NCBI GenBank assembly: GCA_963819655.1
Contig: CAWFXA010000003.1
Coordinates: 224,001-288,000 of the forward strand
Length of the DNA stretch: 64,000 nucleotides
DNA from: an uncultured Chloroflexia bacterium
GTDB taxonomy: Bacteria > Chloroflexota > Limnocylindria > Limnocylindrales > CSP1-4
Reading direction: 5' to 3'
Every line of letters begins with the position of its first letter. Positions within the stretch are counted from its first letter, which is position 1. Below are positions 9,834 to 19,196 of this stretch, in pieces. The notes under the pieces were generated by a model. The model searched no databases. It was not told the origin of the DNA and worked only from the letters and a program-made list of their open reading frames with translations. Made by a program: the position numbers and the translations under genes.

Positions 9834-11141
9834 CTAGGCGCCCGCGGCAGCCAACGAAGCGTCGAGGATCGCCAACGCCTGCTCCACCTCATCGGCCGTG
9901 GTGACGAGCGGCGGGATGATGCGGATGACGTTCACGTAGGTCCCGGCGGTCAACACGATCAGGTTGCGCGCCAGCGCCTCGGCCTGGATGCGCTTCGTGA
10001 GATCGGGGTCGGGGACGCGTCCGTCTCCCTCGTCCGGCTTTACGAGCTCGATGGCCACCATCAGCCCGAGGCCACGCGCGTCGCCGATCGATCGGTACTT
10101 GTCCTTGAGCTTCCGCAGGCCGGCCAGGAGCTGGGCGCCGCGCTCCCGAGCATTGGCCACGAGCCCCTCGTCCTCGATGACATCGAGCGTGGCGTTGGCC
10201 GCCGCGCATGACACGACGTTGCCGCCGTACGTGCCGCCATGGCTGCCGGGCTTCCAGCGGGTCATCAGCTCCTGGCGGGCGAGGATCCCGGACAGGGGCA
10301 GCCCGGAGGCGATGCCCTTGGCCATGACGAGGATGTCCGGTTCCACGTCGTAGTGCATCACGGCGAACATCTGCCCGGTCCGCCCGAAGCCCGTCTGTAC
10401 CTCATCCGCGATCAAGAGGATCCCGTGCTGGCGGGTCAGCTCGCGGAGCCGCGGCAGGAAGTCCGGCGGCGGGACGATGTAACCGCCTTCACCCAGGATC
10501 GGCTCGATGATGATCGCGGCCACCTGGTCCGGGTAGATGAACTGGTGGAAGGTCAGGTCGAGCTGCTCCTCCCAGTCACACGTGCACGCCGATGGGTCGT
10601 GCGGACCGCCGGAGGCGCGGTAGCAGTACGGATAGGCGGTGTGATACACGCTGCCCGGGAGGGGCTCGAACGCACCCCGGTACACGTCCTTGGCCGTCGT
10701 CAGCGCCATCGTCTGGGCGGTCCGGCCGTGGTAGCCGTAGCGGAACGCCATGATCGCCGGGCGTCCGGTGGCGACCCGCGCCAGCTTGACGGAGGCCTCG
10801 ATCGCCTCAGCGCCTGAGTTGGACAGGAATGCCTGGTACGGCCCGCCGGGCAGCAGGTTCGGAAGGCGGTCGTACAGGCGCAGACCCGGCTCGTGGTACA
10901 GGATGTTCTGCTGTCCGTGGAGCAGCTTCTGCGCCTGCGCCGCGATCGCTGCCGCGACGCGCGGGTGAGCGTGTCCCGTGCTGGTCACGCCGATCCCGGA
11001 CGAGTAGTCCAGGTAGCGCTCGCCGTCTCGCGTGATCAGCCACGAGCCCTCACCGCGGTCGACATCGAGATTCGTGATACGACCCCACACGGCCGGCACG
11101 ACGGCGTGGTCGGGCAGGGTGGTGCGCCCCTCGGTCGTCAT
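9834..11141 (-). CDS. class III PLP aminotransferase (4-aminobutyrate aminotransferase-like)
   Basis: YLDYSSGIG, NSGAEAIE, YHGRT, IIEPILGEGG, DEVQTGFGRTG, MAKGIASG and HGGTYGGN motifs. ATG 11141 overlaps the potC stop. Confidence 0.9.
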   Translation of the reverse strand: MTTEGRTTLPDHAVVPAVWGRITNLDVDRGEGSWLITRDGERYLDYSSGIGVTSTGHAHPRVAAAIAAQAQKLLHGQQNILYHEPGLRLYDRLPNLLPGGPYQAFLSNSGAEAIEASVKLARVATGRPAIMAFRYGYHGRTAQTMALTTAKDVYRGAFEPLPGSVYHTAYPYCYRASGGPHDPSACTCDWEEQLDLTFHQFIYPDQVAAIIIEPILGEGGYIVPPPDFLPRLRELTRQHGILLIADEVQTGFGRTGQMFAVMHYDVEPDILVMAKGIASGLPLSGILARQELMTRWKPGSHGGTYGGNVVSCAAANATLDVIEDEGLVANARERGAQLLAGLRKLKDKYRSIGDARGLGLMVAIELVKPDEGDGRVPDPDLTKRIQAEALARNLIVLTAGTYVNVIRIIPPLVTTADEVEQALAILDASLAAAGA

Positions 11142-12041
11142 ACCCGGCCCGCCGCGTAGTCGCGCGCCGCCACGCGGCGCTGCCAGGCGGTGGTCAGCAT
11201 CACGAGCCCGACGGCCGTGACGAAGATGATCGTGCCGATGACGTTGACCTGGACCGGGATACCGCGGAGCTGCGACGCGTAGATGAACAGCGGGAACGTC
11301 TCGGTCTGGCCCGAGGTGAACGCCGTGATGACGTAATCGTCGATGGACAGGCTGAAGGCGAGCAGCGCTGCGGCGATGACGCCCGGCAGGATCAGCGGGA
11401 AAGTGACCTTCCAGAACGTCGTCCATTCGTTCGCGCCCAGGTCCATCGCAGCCTCCTCCAGGTGACGCGGGAAGTTCGCTAGTCGCGCCTTCACGGTCAC
11501 GACGACGAAGCTGATGTTGAACATGATGTGCGCGATCAGGACGGTCCGGATGTTGAGCGGGAACACGAGCCCCTCCGGGATCGGCAGCTGGACGGACGCG
11601 ACGAACGTCGTGAGCAGTGATGCGCCGAGGACGATCTCGGGCGTCGACATCGGCAGGAAGATGAGCACGTTCGTCGCCGCCCGGCCGCGGAACGAGTAAC
11701 GCGCCAGCGCCAGGCCGATCATCGTGCCGAGCGTCGTCGCGACGAGGGTCGACAGGAACGCGATGACTAGGCTGTTCCGCACGGCCTCCGCCAGACCGGG
11801 GCGCCCGAGCGGGTTGAGCCAGGCGTCGAGCGAGAACTCGCGCCAGTTCAGGTTCGAGCGGCCGGTCGGGATCGTTGAAGCTGAACAGGATCATGACCGC
11901 GACCGGCAGGATCAGGTAGGCCGTGACGCCGACCACGTAGATCGGCAGCAGCCACCGATCGATCAGGCGCCCGAGACGCGCGGCGGGCGCACGTCGCGTG
12001 GCGGTCACGGCGCTCGTCGTCGTGGTCGAGGTCGTGGCCAT
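11138..12041 (-). CDS. potC: polyamine ABC transporter permease PotC, with an apparent +1 frameshift at about 11868-11870
   Basis: N-terminus MATT...VMILFSFNDP; removing one G from the GGG run joins it to TGRSNLNWREFSLDAW...RNSL. EAA motif LEEAAMDLGA and FSLSIDDY present. Confidence 0.85.
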
Positions 12042-13049
12042 CAGACCGCCGCTCCGGTCAGCTCCTCGGTCCCGATCAGCCGGGTGTAGAAGAACAGCCC
12101 GACCAGGATCGCGACCATCAGGACGAACGACAGCGCCGACGCGGTCGGGTAGTCGGTCACCTCGAGATAGCGGGCCTGGATGACGTTGCCGATCATCAGC
12201 GACTGGGGGTTGCCGAGCAGCTCGGCGTTGATGAAGTCACCGACGGCCGGGATGAACGTCAGCAGCGATCCCGCGAAGATCCCGGGTAGCGATAGCGGCA
12301 GGGTGACGCGGATGAACGCCTGGCCGATCAGGAACGTGCCGACGATGGCGCCGACGATGGCGCCGGGGATACCGATCGTCAGCGGCCCGTAGTCCATCAC
12401 CGCCCCGACGACGAGACCGAGCACGCCGCCGATGACGCAGCCCGACGACCGTGCCCTGCGGCCGCCACGGGCCTGCGTAGAGGTCCTCGGCGGCCTCGAT
12501 GAGGCGCTTGTCGATCCGCTCGAGCGAGACGTAGAGCGGCAGCGTCATGAACGGCAGGAAGTTGTACGTGATCCCCGCGATGACGGCCGCCGGCGTCGCT
12601 AGCAGCCGGAACTCCTCCGACAGCAACCCGAGATCCTTGAGCGGCCCGAGGAGCAGACCGTCGTCGGCCAGGATGATCTTCCAGGAGATCGTGCGCAGCA
12701 GAAAGCTCGTGAAGAAGGGCGCGATCACCAGGAACAACAGCAGGTTCTTGTAGGCGCCGCCGCGGAACGCGATGGCGTACGCGAGCGGGAAGCCCAGCGC
12801 GAACGCGAGGGCGGTCGCCAGCGCGCCGTACACGATCGATCGGGCGAGCCACGGCCAGTACTCGCTGATGGCCTCGGGATAGATGCCCCAGTTCCAGGTC
12901 TGCGAGAACCCGGCATCCAGGTTCCCCGTCCAGAGCGAGACGAGGAACATCTGGAACGCCGGGTACACGTAGAAAACGACGAGCCACAGCAGGCCCGGCA
13001 GGAGGAGCGCGTAGGGCGCGATCGCGCGGAGGTGCAGCGCGCGACGCAT
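12041..13049 (-). CDS. potB: polyamine ABC transporter permease PotB, with an apparent +1 frameshift at about 12441-12443
   Basis: APFFTSFLLRT, YNFLPFMTLPLY and LIEAAEDL in ORF 12237-13049. The C-terminal part RVTLPLSLPG...FIPAVGDF...MIGNVI is in ORF 12041-12424. Confidence 0.85.
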
Positions 13050-13055
13050 CGGCGA

Positions 13056-14300
13056 CTAGAGGCCCATCGCCTTCGTGAACGCCTCTGCCCAGGCCGCCTC
13101 CTCGTCGGCGGTCGTGGCCCGGAACTGATGCAGCCGGGCGACCGAATCCTCGGGCGGGAAGATCAGCGGGTTGTTGGCGATCTCGGGATCAAGTCCGACC
13201 ATGACCTCCTTCGCGCCTGCGACCGGGCAGACGTAGTTGACGTAGGCCTCGACCGTCGCGGCGTTGGTGGGGTCGTAATAGAAGTCGATCCAGCGCTCTG
13301 CCTGCGGCTTGTTCGGCGAGCCCTTGGGGATGACCATGTTGTCGGTCCACAGCATCCCGCCTTCCTTGGGCAACGCCCACTGGAAGTCCTGTTCGGGTGT
13401 CTGGTCGGGGACCAGCAGGGTGAGCACGTCGCCCGACCAGGCCATCGCCAGGACGACGCTACCGCCGGCCATGTCCTCGACGTACGAGTTGCCGGTGACC
13501 TGGCGGACGATGCCGGACTTGATGGCCTTGTCGACTTCGGCGAGCGCCGCGTCGAACTGCTCCTGGGTCAGGTCCTCGGGCTTGCTGCCGAGCCGGATCG
13601 CCGAGAGGCCGATCGTGTCGCGCATCTCGGACAGATACGTCAACTTGCCCTTGAACTCGTCGGCAAAGAACACCTCCAGCGAGTCCAGGTCGCCGGTCTT
13701 GTTCTTGTCGTAACCGATGCCGGTCATGCCCGACTGCCACGGCGCGGCGAGGTTCGTGTCGGGATCGAACGAACGGCCCTTGTAGTTCTCGGCAAGGTTC
13801 GCCACGAAGTTCGGCGTCATCGACGTGTCGATCGTCTCGAGCCAACCGAGCCGGGCCAGGCGGGCGACCATCCAGTCGGTGACGACCACGATGTCCCACT
13901 CGGTCGGCAGGCCGGCCTCGAGTGGCGCCTGCAGGTCGCTGGCGAAGAACGTCTCGTTGTCGTCGACGGCGCCGTCCGCGTATTCGACGGTGATGCCGGT
14001 CTCGGTCTGGAACTTCTCGATGGTCGGGAACGACGAACCGTCCTCGGTGACGTCGATATAGCCGATCCAGTTCGCGAACCGGACCGTGCCGCTGGTGGCC
14101 GGCGTGCCACCGGCGCCGGCACTCGCGCTCGCGCTCGCACCGGCCGTTGCGCTGGCAGCGGCCGTCGCGGACGCAGCGCCGCTCCCGGCTGGGGGCGTGC
14201 CGCAGGCGGCCAGGAAGGCGGCCGTGCCGGCGAGGGCGCTGCCCTGCAGGAATCGGCGGCGTGTCAGATCCCCGGGGAGTGGCGTGCCGGTGTCGGTCAT
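13056..14300 (-). CDS. potD: polyamine ABC transporter substrate-binding protein, Tat-exported lipoprotein
   Basis: Twin-arginine TRRRFLQG plus lipobox LAAC; FANWIGYID, PWQSGMTGI, AWSGD and WTDNMVIP motifs. Confidence 0.9.
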   Translation of the reverse strand: MTDTGTPLPGDLTRRRFLQGSALAGTAAFLAACGTPPAGSGAASATAAASATAGASASASAGAGGTPATSGTVRFANWIGYIDVTEDGSSFPTIEKFQTETGITVEYADGAVDDNETFFASDLQAPLEAGLPTEWDIVVVTDWMVARLARLGWLETIDTSMTPNFVANLAENYKGRSFDPDTNLAAPWQSGMTGIGYDKNKTGDLDSLEVFFADEFKGKLTYLSEMRDTIGLSAIRLGSKPEDLTQEQFDAALAEVDKAIKSGIVRQVTGNSYVEDMAGGSVVLAMAWSGDVLTLLVPDQTPEQDFQWALPKEGGMLWTDNMVIPKGSPNKPQAERWIDFYYDPTNAATVEAYVNYVCPVAGAKEVMVGLDPEIANNPLIFPPEDSVARLHQFRATTADEEAAWAEAFTKAMGL

Positions 14301-14313
14301 CGATGCTCTCCTC

Positions 14314-15477
14314 TCATGCCGTCGCGGCCTCGGCGGCCTCGGCGGTGGCAGTTGCCCCGGTACTACTTGAAGCGGCGGCTGGTTCCGCGACGACGAAGCT
14401 GTGGTCGGGTGACCACGTCAGCAGGACATCCTCGCCGGGTGCCCACAGTTCGGCGCGGGTGGCGCGTTCGACGTTCTGTTCGTAGACGGTCAGGCGGGCG
14501 CCGCCTCGCGCCTCGACCTGGTACTGGGTGCTCACGCCCAGGTACGACGCATCGCGGACGACGCCTCGGAGTTGGTTGTGGCCGGCGGGCGTCGGGTCGA
14601 TCTCGGACGGTTCCCGCAGGCGGATCTTCTCGGGCCGAACGCCGATGCTGACGTCGACCTTGCCGTTGACGAGCGCGCTCGGGGCGCGGACCGTCGAATC
14701 GTCGGCCAGCCGCACGGTCGCGTACTGGCCGTCCGTGCCCTGGACCGCGCCGGGCAGGAGGTTGCTGATGCCAAGGAAGCCGGCGACGAAGCGGGTGGTC
14801 GGGCGCTCGTAGAGGCTCTCGGGGTCGCCGAGCTGTTCGTAGCGGCCCTTGTTCATCACCGCGATGCGATCGGACATCGTCATCGCCTCTTCCTGGTCAT
14901 GGGTCACGTAGATGAACGTGATCCCGACCTCTTGCTGGATGCGCTTGAGCTCGACCTGCATCTGCTTGCGCAACTTGAGGTCGAGCGCGCCGAGCGGTTC
15001 GTCGAGCAGCAGGACGGCGGGCTTGTTGATGAGGGCCCGCGCGAGTGCGACGCGCTGCGCCTGGCCGCCGCTGATCTGGGTCGGCTTGCGGCGCTCGTAG
15101 CCGGGCAGCTCGACGAGCGCCAGCATCTCGGCTACGCGGCTCTTGACCTCCTGGTCCTTCACGCCCTTGCGCCGGAGTCCGAATGCGACGTTCTCGTAGA
15201 TCGTGAGGTGGGGGAAGAGCGCGTAGTTCTGGAAGACGGTGTTGACGTTGCGCTTGAACGGCGGCAGCCACGTGACGTCCTCGCCCTGGAGCTCGATGAG
15301 GCCGGACGTGGGCTCCTCGAAGCCGCCGATCATCCGCAGGGTCGTGGTCTTGCCGCAGCCCGACGGCCCGAGGAGGCTGAAGAACTCACCGTCCTGGACC
15401 TCGAGATCGATGTGGTCGACCGCGACGGTCTCGCCGAATTGCTTGACCACATCCACGAGCCTGACGTCGACGGGCAC
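14314..15477 (-). CDS. potA: polyamine ABC transporter ATP-binding protein
   Basis: GTG start at 15477 after AGGAG. GPSGCGKTT, NTVFQNYALFPH, ISGGQAQR and LLLDEPLGALD motifs; C-terminal TOBE-like region. Confidence 0.92.
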   Translation of the reverse strand: MPVDVRLVDVVKQFGETVAVDHIDLEVQDGEFFSLLGPSGCGKTTTLRMIGGFEEPTSGLIELQGEDVTWLPPFKRNVNTVFQNYALFPHLTIYENVAFGLRRKGVKDQEVKSRVAEMLALVELPGYERRKPTQISGGQAQRVALARALINKPAVLLLDEPLGALDLKLRKQMQVELKRIQQEVGITFIYVTHDQEEAMTMSDRIAVMNKGRYEQLGDPESLYERPTTRFVAGFLGISNLLPGAVQGTDGQYATVRLADDSTVRAPSALVNGKVDVSIGVRPEKIRLREPSEIDPTPAGHNQLRGVVRDASYLGVSTQYQVEARGGARLTVYEQNVERATRAELWAPGEDVLLTWSPDHSFVVAEPAAASSSTGATATAEAAEAATA

Positions 15478-15632
15478 GTTCGTTCGCACTCCTGGCGTGG
15501 GGGCCGCGTCGGGGCCGCACGGTCCAAGCGGTCGGGTCGTCTCCTCGCGGCTCGCGCTCCTCCGCCGCGAAGCCGGTCCTGGCTCTCTCGCCCGAAACTG
15601 GGATAGGCGGGCCGGGAGGCCAGATGCGGCCG

Positions 15633-15662
15633 AGGATATGGGCGGATCGCTCAGGGTGTCAA
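15633..15662 (-). promoter_or_regulatory. sigma70-type promoter of the pot operon
   Basis: Minus strand TTGACA (15662-15657), 18 nt spacer, TATCCT (15638-15633). Confidence 0.6.
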
Positions 15663-15858
15663 GGACGCGGGAAACGAGGGTTCGTGCTCGCGGGCCGTGC
15701 GAGATTCGTCGCGCGGCGTGCTGACGGATGCGGGGTTCGCAGCGTCGGCCGCGAGTGCATCGCGGCACGCACCGCCGAAACTCCCGCGCGGGCTCTCCCC
15801 GCAGGCAGGGTACGATGTATTCCGACACTTCCCGTGACAGAACGAGGCCGACCGTCGC

Positions 15859-16938
15859 ATGACCACAATCACCGAAGGAGCCGTCCTCGAGGCACTCCGC
15901 GCCGTGCAGGAGCCGGAGCTCGGGCGCGACATCGTGACCCTCGAGATGGTCAAGTCGATCGCGATCGAAGACTCCCGCGTCGCATTCACGATCGAGCTGA
16001 CGACGCCCGCCTGCCCCCTGAAGGACGAGATCGAGCAGAACGCGCGCTCGGTCCTGACCGACATCGGCGCGAGCGACATCCAGATCACGTGGGGGGCGAT
16101 GGTCCGCCGCGCCTCGCCGCGCCAGGCCGAGCAGCTCGTGCCGGGCGTCAAGAACATCGTCGCGGTGGCGTCAGGCAAGGGCGGCGTCGGCAAATCGACG
16201 GTCAGCGTCAACCTCGCGGTCGCGCTCGCGCAGGCCGGGGCCACGGTCGGCCTCCTCGATGCCGACATCACAGGCCCCAACATCCCGCAGATGCTCGGCG
16301 TGGAGGGTCAGCCCAAGGCCAGCCCGAACAACAAGATCACGCCGCTCGAGCGCTACGGCGTCAAGACGATCTCGATCCAGTTCTTCGTGCCCGAGGGCCA
16401 GCCCATCGTGTGGCGCGGCCCGCTCGTGGGCGGCGCGATCCAGCAGTTCCTGCGTGACGTCGAATGGGGCGACCTCGACTACCTCGTCATCGATCTGCCG
16501 CCGGGCACATCTGACGCCCAGCTCACGCTGGCCCAGGCCGTGCCGATCTCCGGCGCAGTCCTGGTCACGACCCCGCAGGAGGTCAGCCTGAGCGACGTCA
16601 CAAAGGCGCTTGCGATGTTCCAGCGCATGAACGTGCCCGTCCTGGGCGTCGTCGAGAACATGACCGCGTTCGCGTGTCCGCACTGCGGCGAGCTCACTGA
16701 GATCTTCGGGCGGGGCGGCGGCGAGCGCTTCGCGGCCAAGCACGGCCTCGACTACCTTGGCGGCGTGCCGCTCGATATCACGGTCCGCCAGGGTGGCGAT
16801 GTCGGCGTCCCGGCGGTCGCCCAGCGGGAGCCCGGACCTGCCGCCCGCGCGTTGACGCTGGTGGCGCAGACCGTCGCCGCGCGGATGAGCGTGCGCGCCG
16901 CGACGGCCGAGGCACGCCCGCTCGTCACGATCTCCTGA
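15859..16938 (+). CDS. mrp: Mrp/NBP35 (ApbC) Fe-S cluster carrier ATPase with N-terminal DUF59 domain
   Basis: VQEPELGRDIV...TTPACP, SGKGGVGKST, WRGP, DLPPGTSD and ENM..CPHC motifs. Confidence 0.93.
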   Translation: MTTITEGAVLEALRAVQEPELGRDIVTLEMVKSIAIEDSRVAFTIELTTPACPLKDEIEQNARSVLTDIGASDIQITWGAMVRRASPRQAEQLVPGVKNIVAVASGKGGVGKSTVSVNLAVALAQAGATVGLLDADITGPNIPQMLGVEGQPKASPNNKITPLERYGVKTISIQFFVPEGQPIVWRGPLVGGAIQQFLRDVEWGDLDYLVIDLPPGTSDAQLTLAQAVPISGAVLVTTPQEVSLSDVTKALAMFQRMNVPVLGVVENMTAFACPHCGELTEIFGRGGGERFAAKHGLDYLGGVPLDITVRQGGDVGVPAVAQREPGPAARALTLVAQTVAARMSVRAATAEARPLVTIS

Positions 16939-16956
16939 GGGGCCGAGGCTGACGGC

Positions 16957-19167
16957 ATGCGTTGTCCGTCGTGCGGGGTCGCGGCAGGGGACGACGCAAG
17001 GTACTGCGCGCAATGCGGGAATCCGATCGAGCGATCGGACGCCCCGAGCGGTGACGGCGATGGCACGGCAGGGCGGACCACACCAGGGCCGCCGGGCGCG
17101 CTGAGCCCGCTATCGACGACGTCGGGAGACCGACGGATCGTCACCGCCCTCTTCGCCGACCTGGTCGACTACGTGCGCATGCTCGCCGAGCACGATCCCG
17201 AAGTGGTGCGAGCGCGGGTGACGGTGGCGCTCGGCACGATGGCAGCGGCCGTCGAGCGCTTCGAGGGGACGCGCGAGAAATTCATCGGCGATGCGCTCTT
17301 CGCCGTCTTCGGCTGGCCGCGGGCACACGACGACGACGCGGTCCGTGCCTCGCTGGCCGCCCTCGCCATCCGCACCGGGCTGCAGGACCTCGGCATGGGC
17401 GGTGAGCCGATGGACGTCCGGATCGGTCTCGCGACCGGTGAGGTCGTGGCCGCCGCGGCGGCGCCGCTGGACGGTGACCTGCGTCTGACCGGCGAGGCCA
17501 TCACGACGGCGGCGCGGATCCAGTCGATGGCCCGACCGGGCGAGATCCTGCTCGACGATGCCACCAGACAGGCAGCGCGGGGCAGGCTGGCCACCGACAC
17601 GCGTGGAGAGGTCGTCCTCCGCGGCCAGTCGACCGCCATCGAGCTGCACGCGCTCCGCGGCGAGGCGGGCATGAGCGCGTGGCTCCCGTACCGCGCCGCG
17701 TCGCCGGGTCCGCTCGTCGGGCGCGAGGATGAGCTTGCGACGATCGCGGCTGCGCTCGAACGAACGCGGCGGACCGGCCACGGTGTCGCGCTCGTCATCG
17801 AGGGCGAGGCCGGGATGGGCAAGTCGCGCCTCCTGACGGCCGTCGAGGCCGCCGCCCGCGACGTGGGCTTTGCGTGGACGTGGACCGAGAACGTGTCCTA
17901 CGGCCGCGGCGAGCCGTACCGCTGGGCTCGCCTGTTCGCCCAGGTCATCGCCGACGAGCACGGCGTCGATTCGGGCTCGCTCGTGCGCCGTTTCATCTTC
18001 ACGGACGACCTGTCGCCCGAGACCGTCAGGCGCTTCGGCGGGGCGATCGCCGCGATCGCCCGCGATGCCGCGTTCTCCGGCTGGGAGGCGGAGTCCGCCG
18101 ACGTGCCCGCGGACCCGGCCGAGGTGAACGCCACGTTGGCCGAGGTCGCCGCGCGCTACGTCGATCGGCTGTTCGAATCGACAGGGCCCCGTGTGATCGT
18201 GATCGACGACCTGCACTGGCTCGATCCATCGAGCGTCGGGCTGGTCGACCTCGTCGTGGAGAGAACCGTGGACCACCCGGTCCTTATCCTCGCGGCGACC
18301 CGCCCCGGGCCACTCCCCGGCTGGGCGACACGCGACTCGACCACCCGAGTGCGGCTCAACGGCCTGGCCGAGCCCGATACGGCCCGGCTGGCCACCCTCG
18401 TCGCTCGGGCGGCGGTCGATGCTGAAGGAGTCCGCAGCATCCACGAACGGACCGGCGGGAACCCGCTCTTCGTCGGCGAGACCGTGCGCGCCTTCCTCCA
18501 GGACGGCACGCTTCAATGGCGGGACGGCCGGCTGGCATTGATCGGGAGCGGCGGGTCGCGTATCCCCGTGACCCTGCGGGCCGTGCTGGGCGCGCGTATC
18601 GATGCGATGCCATCTGCCGCTCGCGAAGCGCTCGGCGTCGCGTCGATCATCGGGATCACGTTTCGGCCATCCCTCGTCGAGGAGTTGCTCGACCATCCGC
18701 TCGAGCAGGGAGCGTTCGATCTGCTCGCCGAGAGCGCGTTGATCGCGCCGATCGATGACGACCATTGGCGATTCGCTCACGCGCTCATCCACGACGCCGC
18801 GTACGCGGGGCTCCTGGCCAGTCGGCGACGCACGCTCCACACTCGACTGGCCGATCGGCTCGAACGTCGCGGGGGGGTGCCGGCTACGGGTCAGATCGCT
18901 GCCCACCGCGTGGCAGCGGGCGACGCACCGCGAGCGATTCCGCTGCTGCGCGAAGCGGGCGAGAGCGCGCTCGCGTTGGGTGCCGTCGCGGAGGCGGCGG
19001 CCTATTGGCAGCAGGCGGCCGACCTCGCAGCGAGCGACGACCCGGACGGCGCCGCGCGGGATCGGCTGCGGGCGAGCGAGGCCGTTGAAGCATCGAGCTT
19101 GCTCCGCGACGCGACAGCGGCGTCCTCGGCTACTGCCCCATCGGCCGCGGGTCCCGCCCCGATCTAG
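16957..19167 (+). CDS. class III adenylate/guanylate cyclase with N-terminal double zinc ribbon and AAA/STAND-like ATPase
   Basis: CPSCG...CAQCG; cyclase motifs LFADL, KFIGD, VRIGLATG and AARIQ; ATPase motifs LVGREDE, GEAGMGKS, IDDLHWLD, TGGNPLF and FAHALIHDAAY. Confidence 0.9.
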   Translation: MRCPSCGVAAGDDARYCAQCGNPIERSDAPSGDGDGTAGRTTPGPPGALSPLSTTSGDRRIVTALFADLVDYVRMLAEHDPEVVRARVTVALGTMAAAVERFEGTREKFIGDALFAVFGWPRAHDDDAVRASLAALAIRTGLQDLGMGGEPMDVRIGLATGEVVAAAAAPLDGDLRLTGEAITTAARIQSMARPGEILLDDATRQAARGRLATDTRGEVVLRGQSTAIELHALRGEAGMSAWLPYRAASPGPLVGREDELATIAAALERTRRTGHGVALVIEGEAGMGKSRLLTAVEAAARDVGFAWTWTENVSYGRGEPYRWARLFAQVIADEHGVDSGSLVRRFIFTDDLSPETVRRFGGAIAAIARDAAFSGWEAESADVPADPAEVNATLAEVAARYVDRLFESTGPRVIVIDDLHWLDPSSVGLVDLVVERTVDHPVLILAATRPGPLPGWATRDSTTRVRLNGLAEPDTARLATLVARAAVDAEGVRSIHERTGGNPLFVGETVRAFLQDGTLQWRDGRLALIGSGGSRIPVTLRAVLGARIDAMPSAAREALGVASIIGITFRPSLVEELLDHPLEQGAFDLLAESALIAPIDDDHWRFAHALIHDAAYAGLLASRRRTLHTRLADRLERRGGVPATGQIAAHRVAAGDAPRAIPLLREAGESALALGAVAEAAAYWQQAADLAASDDPDGAARDRLRASEAVEASSLLRDATAASSATAPSAAGPAPI

Positions 19168-19196
19168 CGCCTTCTCGCCACCTGTCCGGCCCGCGT

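Noticed and set aside
9834-12041. Apparent 735-aa permease-aminotransferase fusion
   Set aside because: Artefact of the potC frameshift. The middle of the ORF is out-of-frame potC, and the aminotransferase has its own coupled ATG at 11141.
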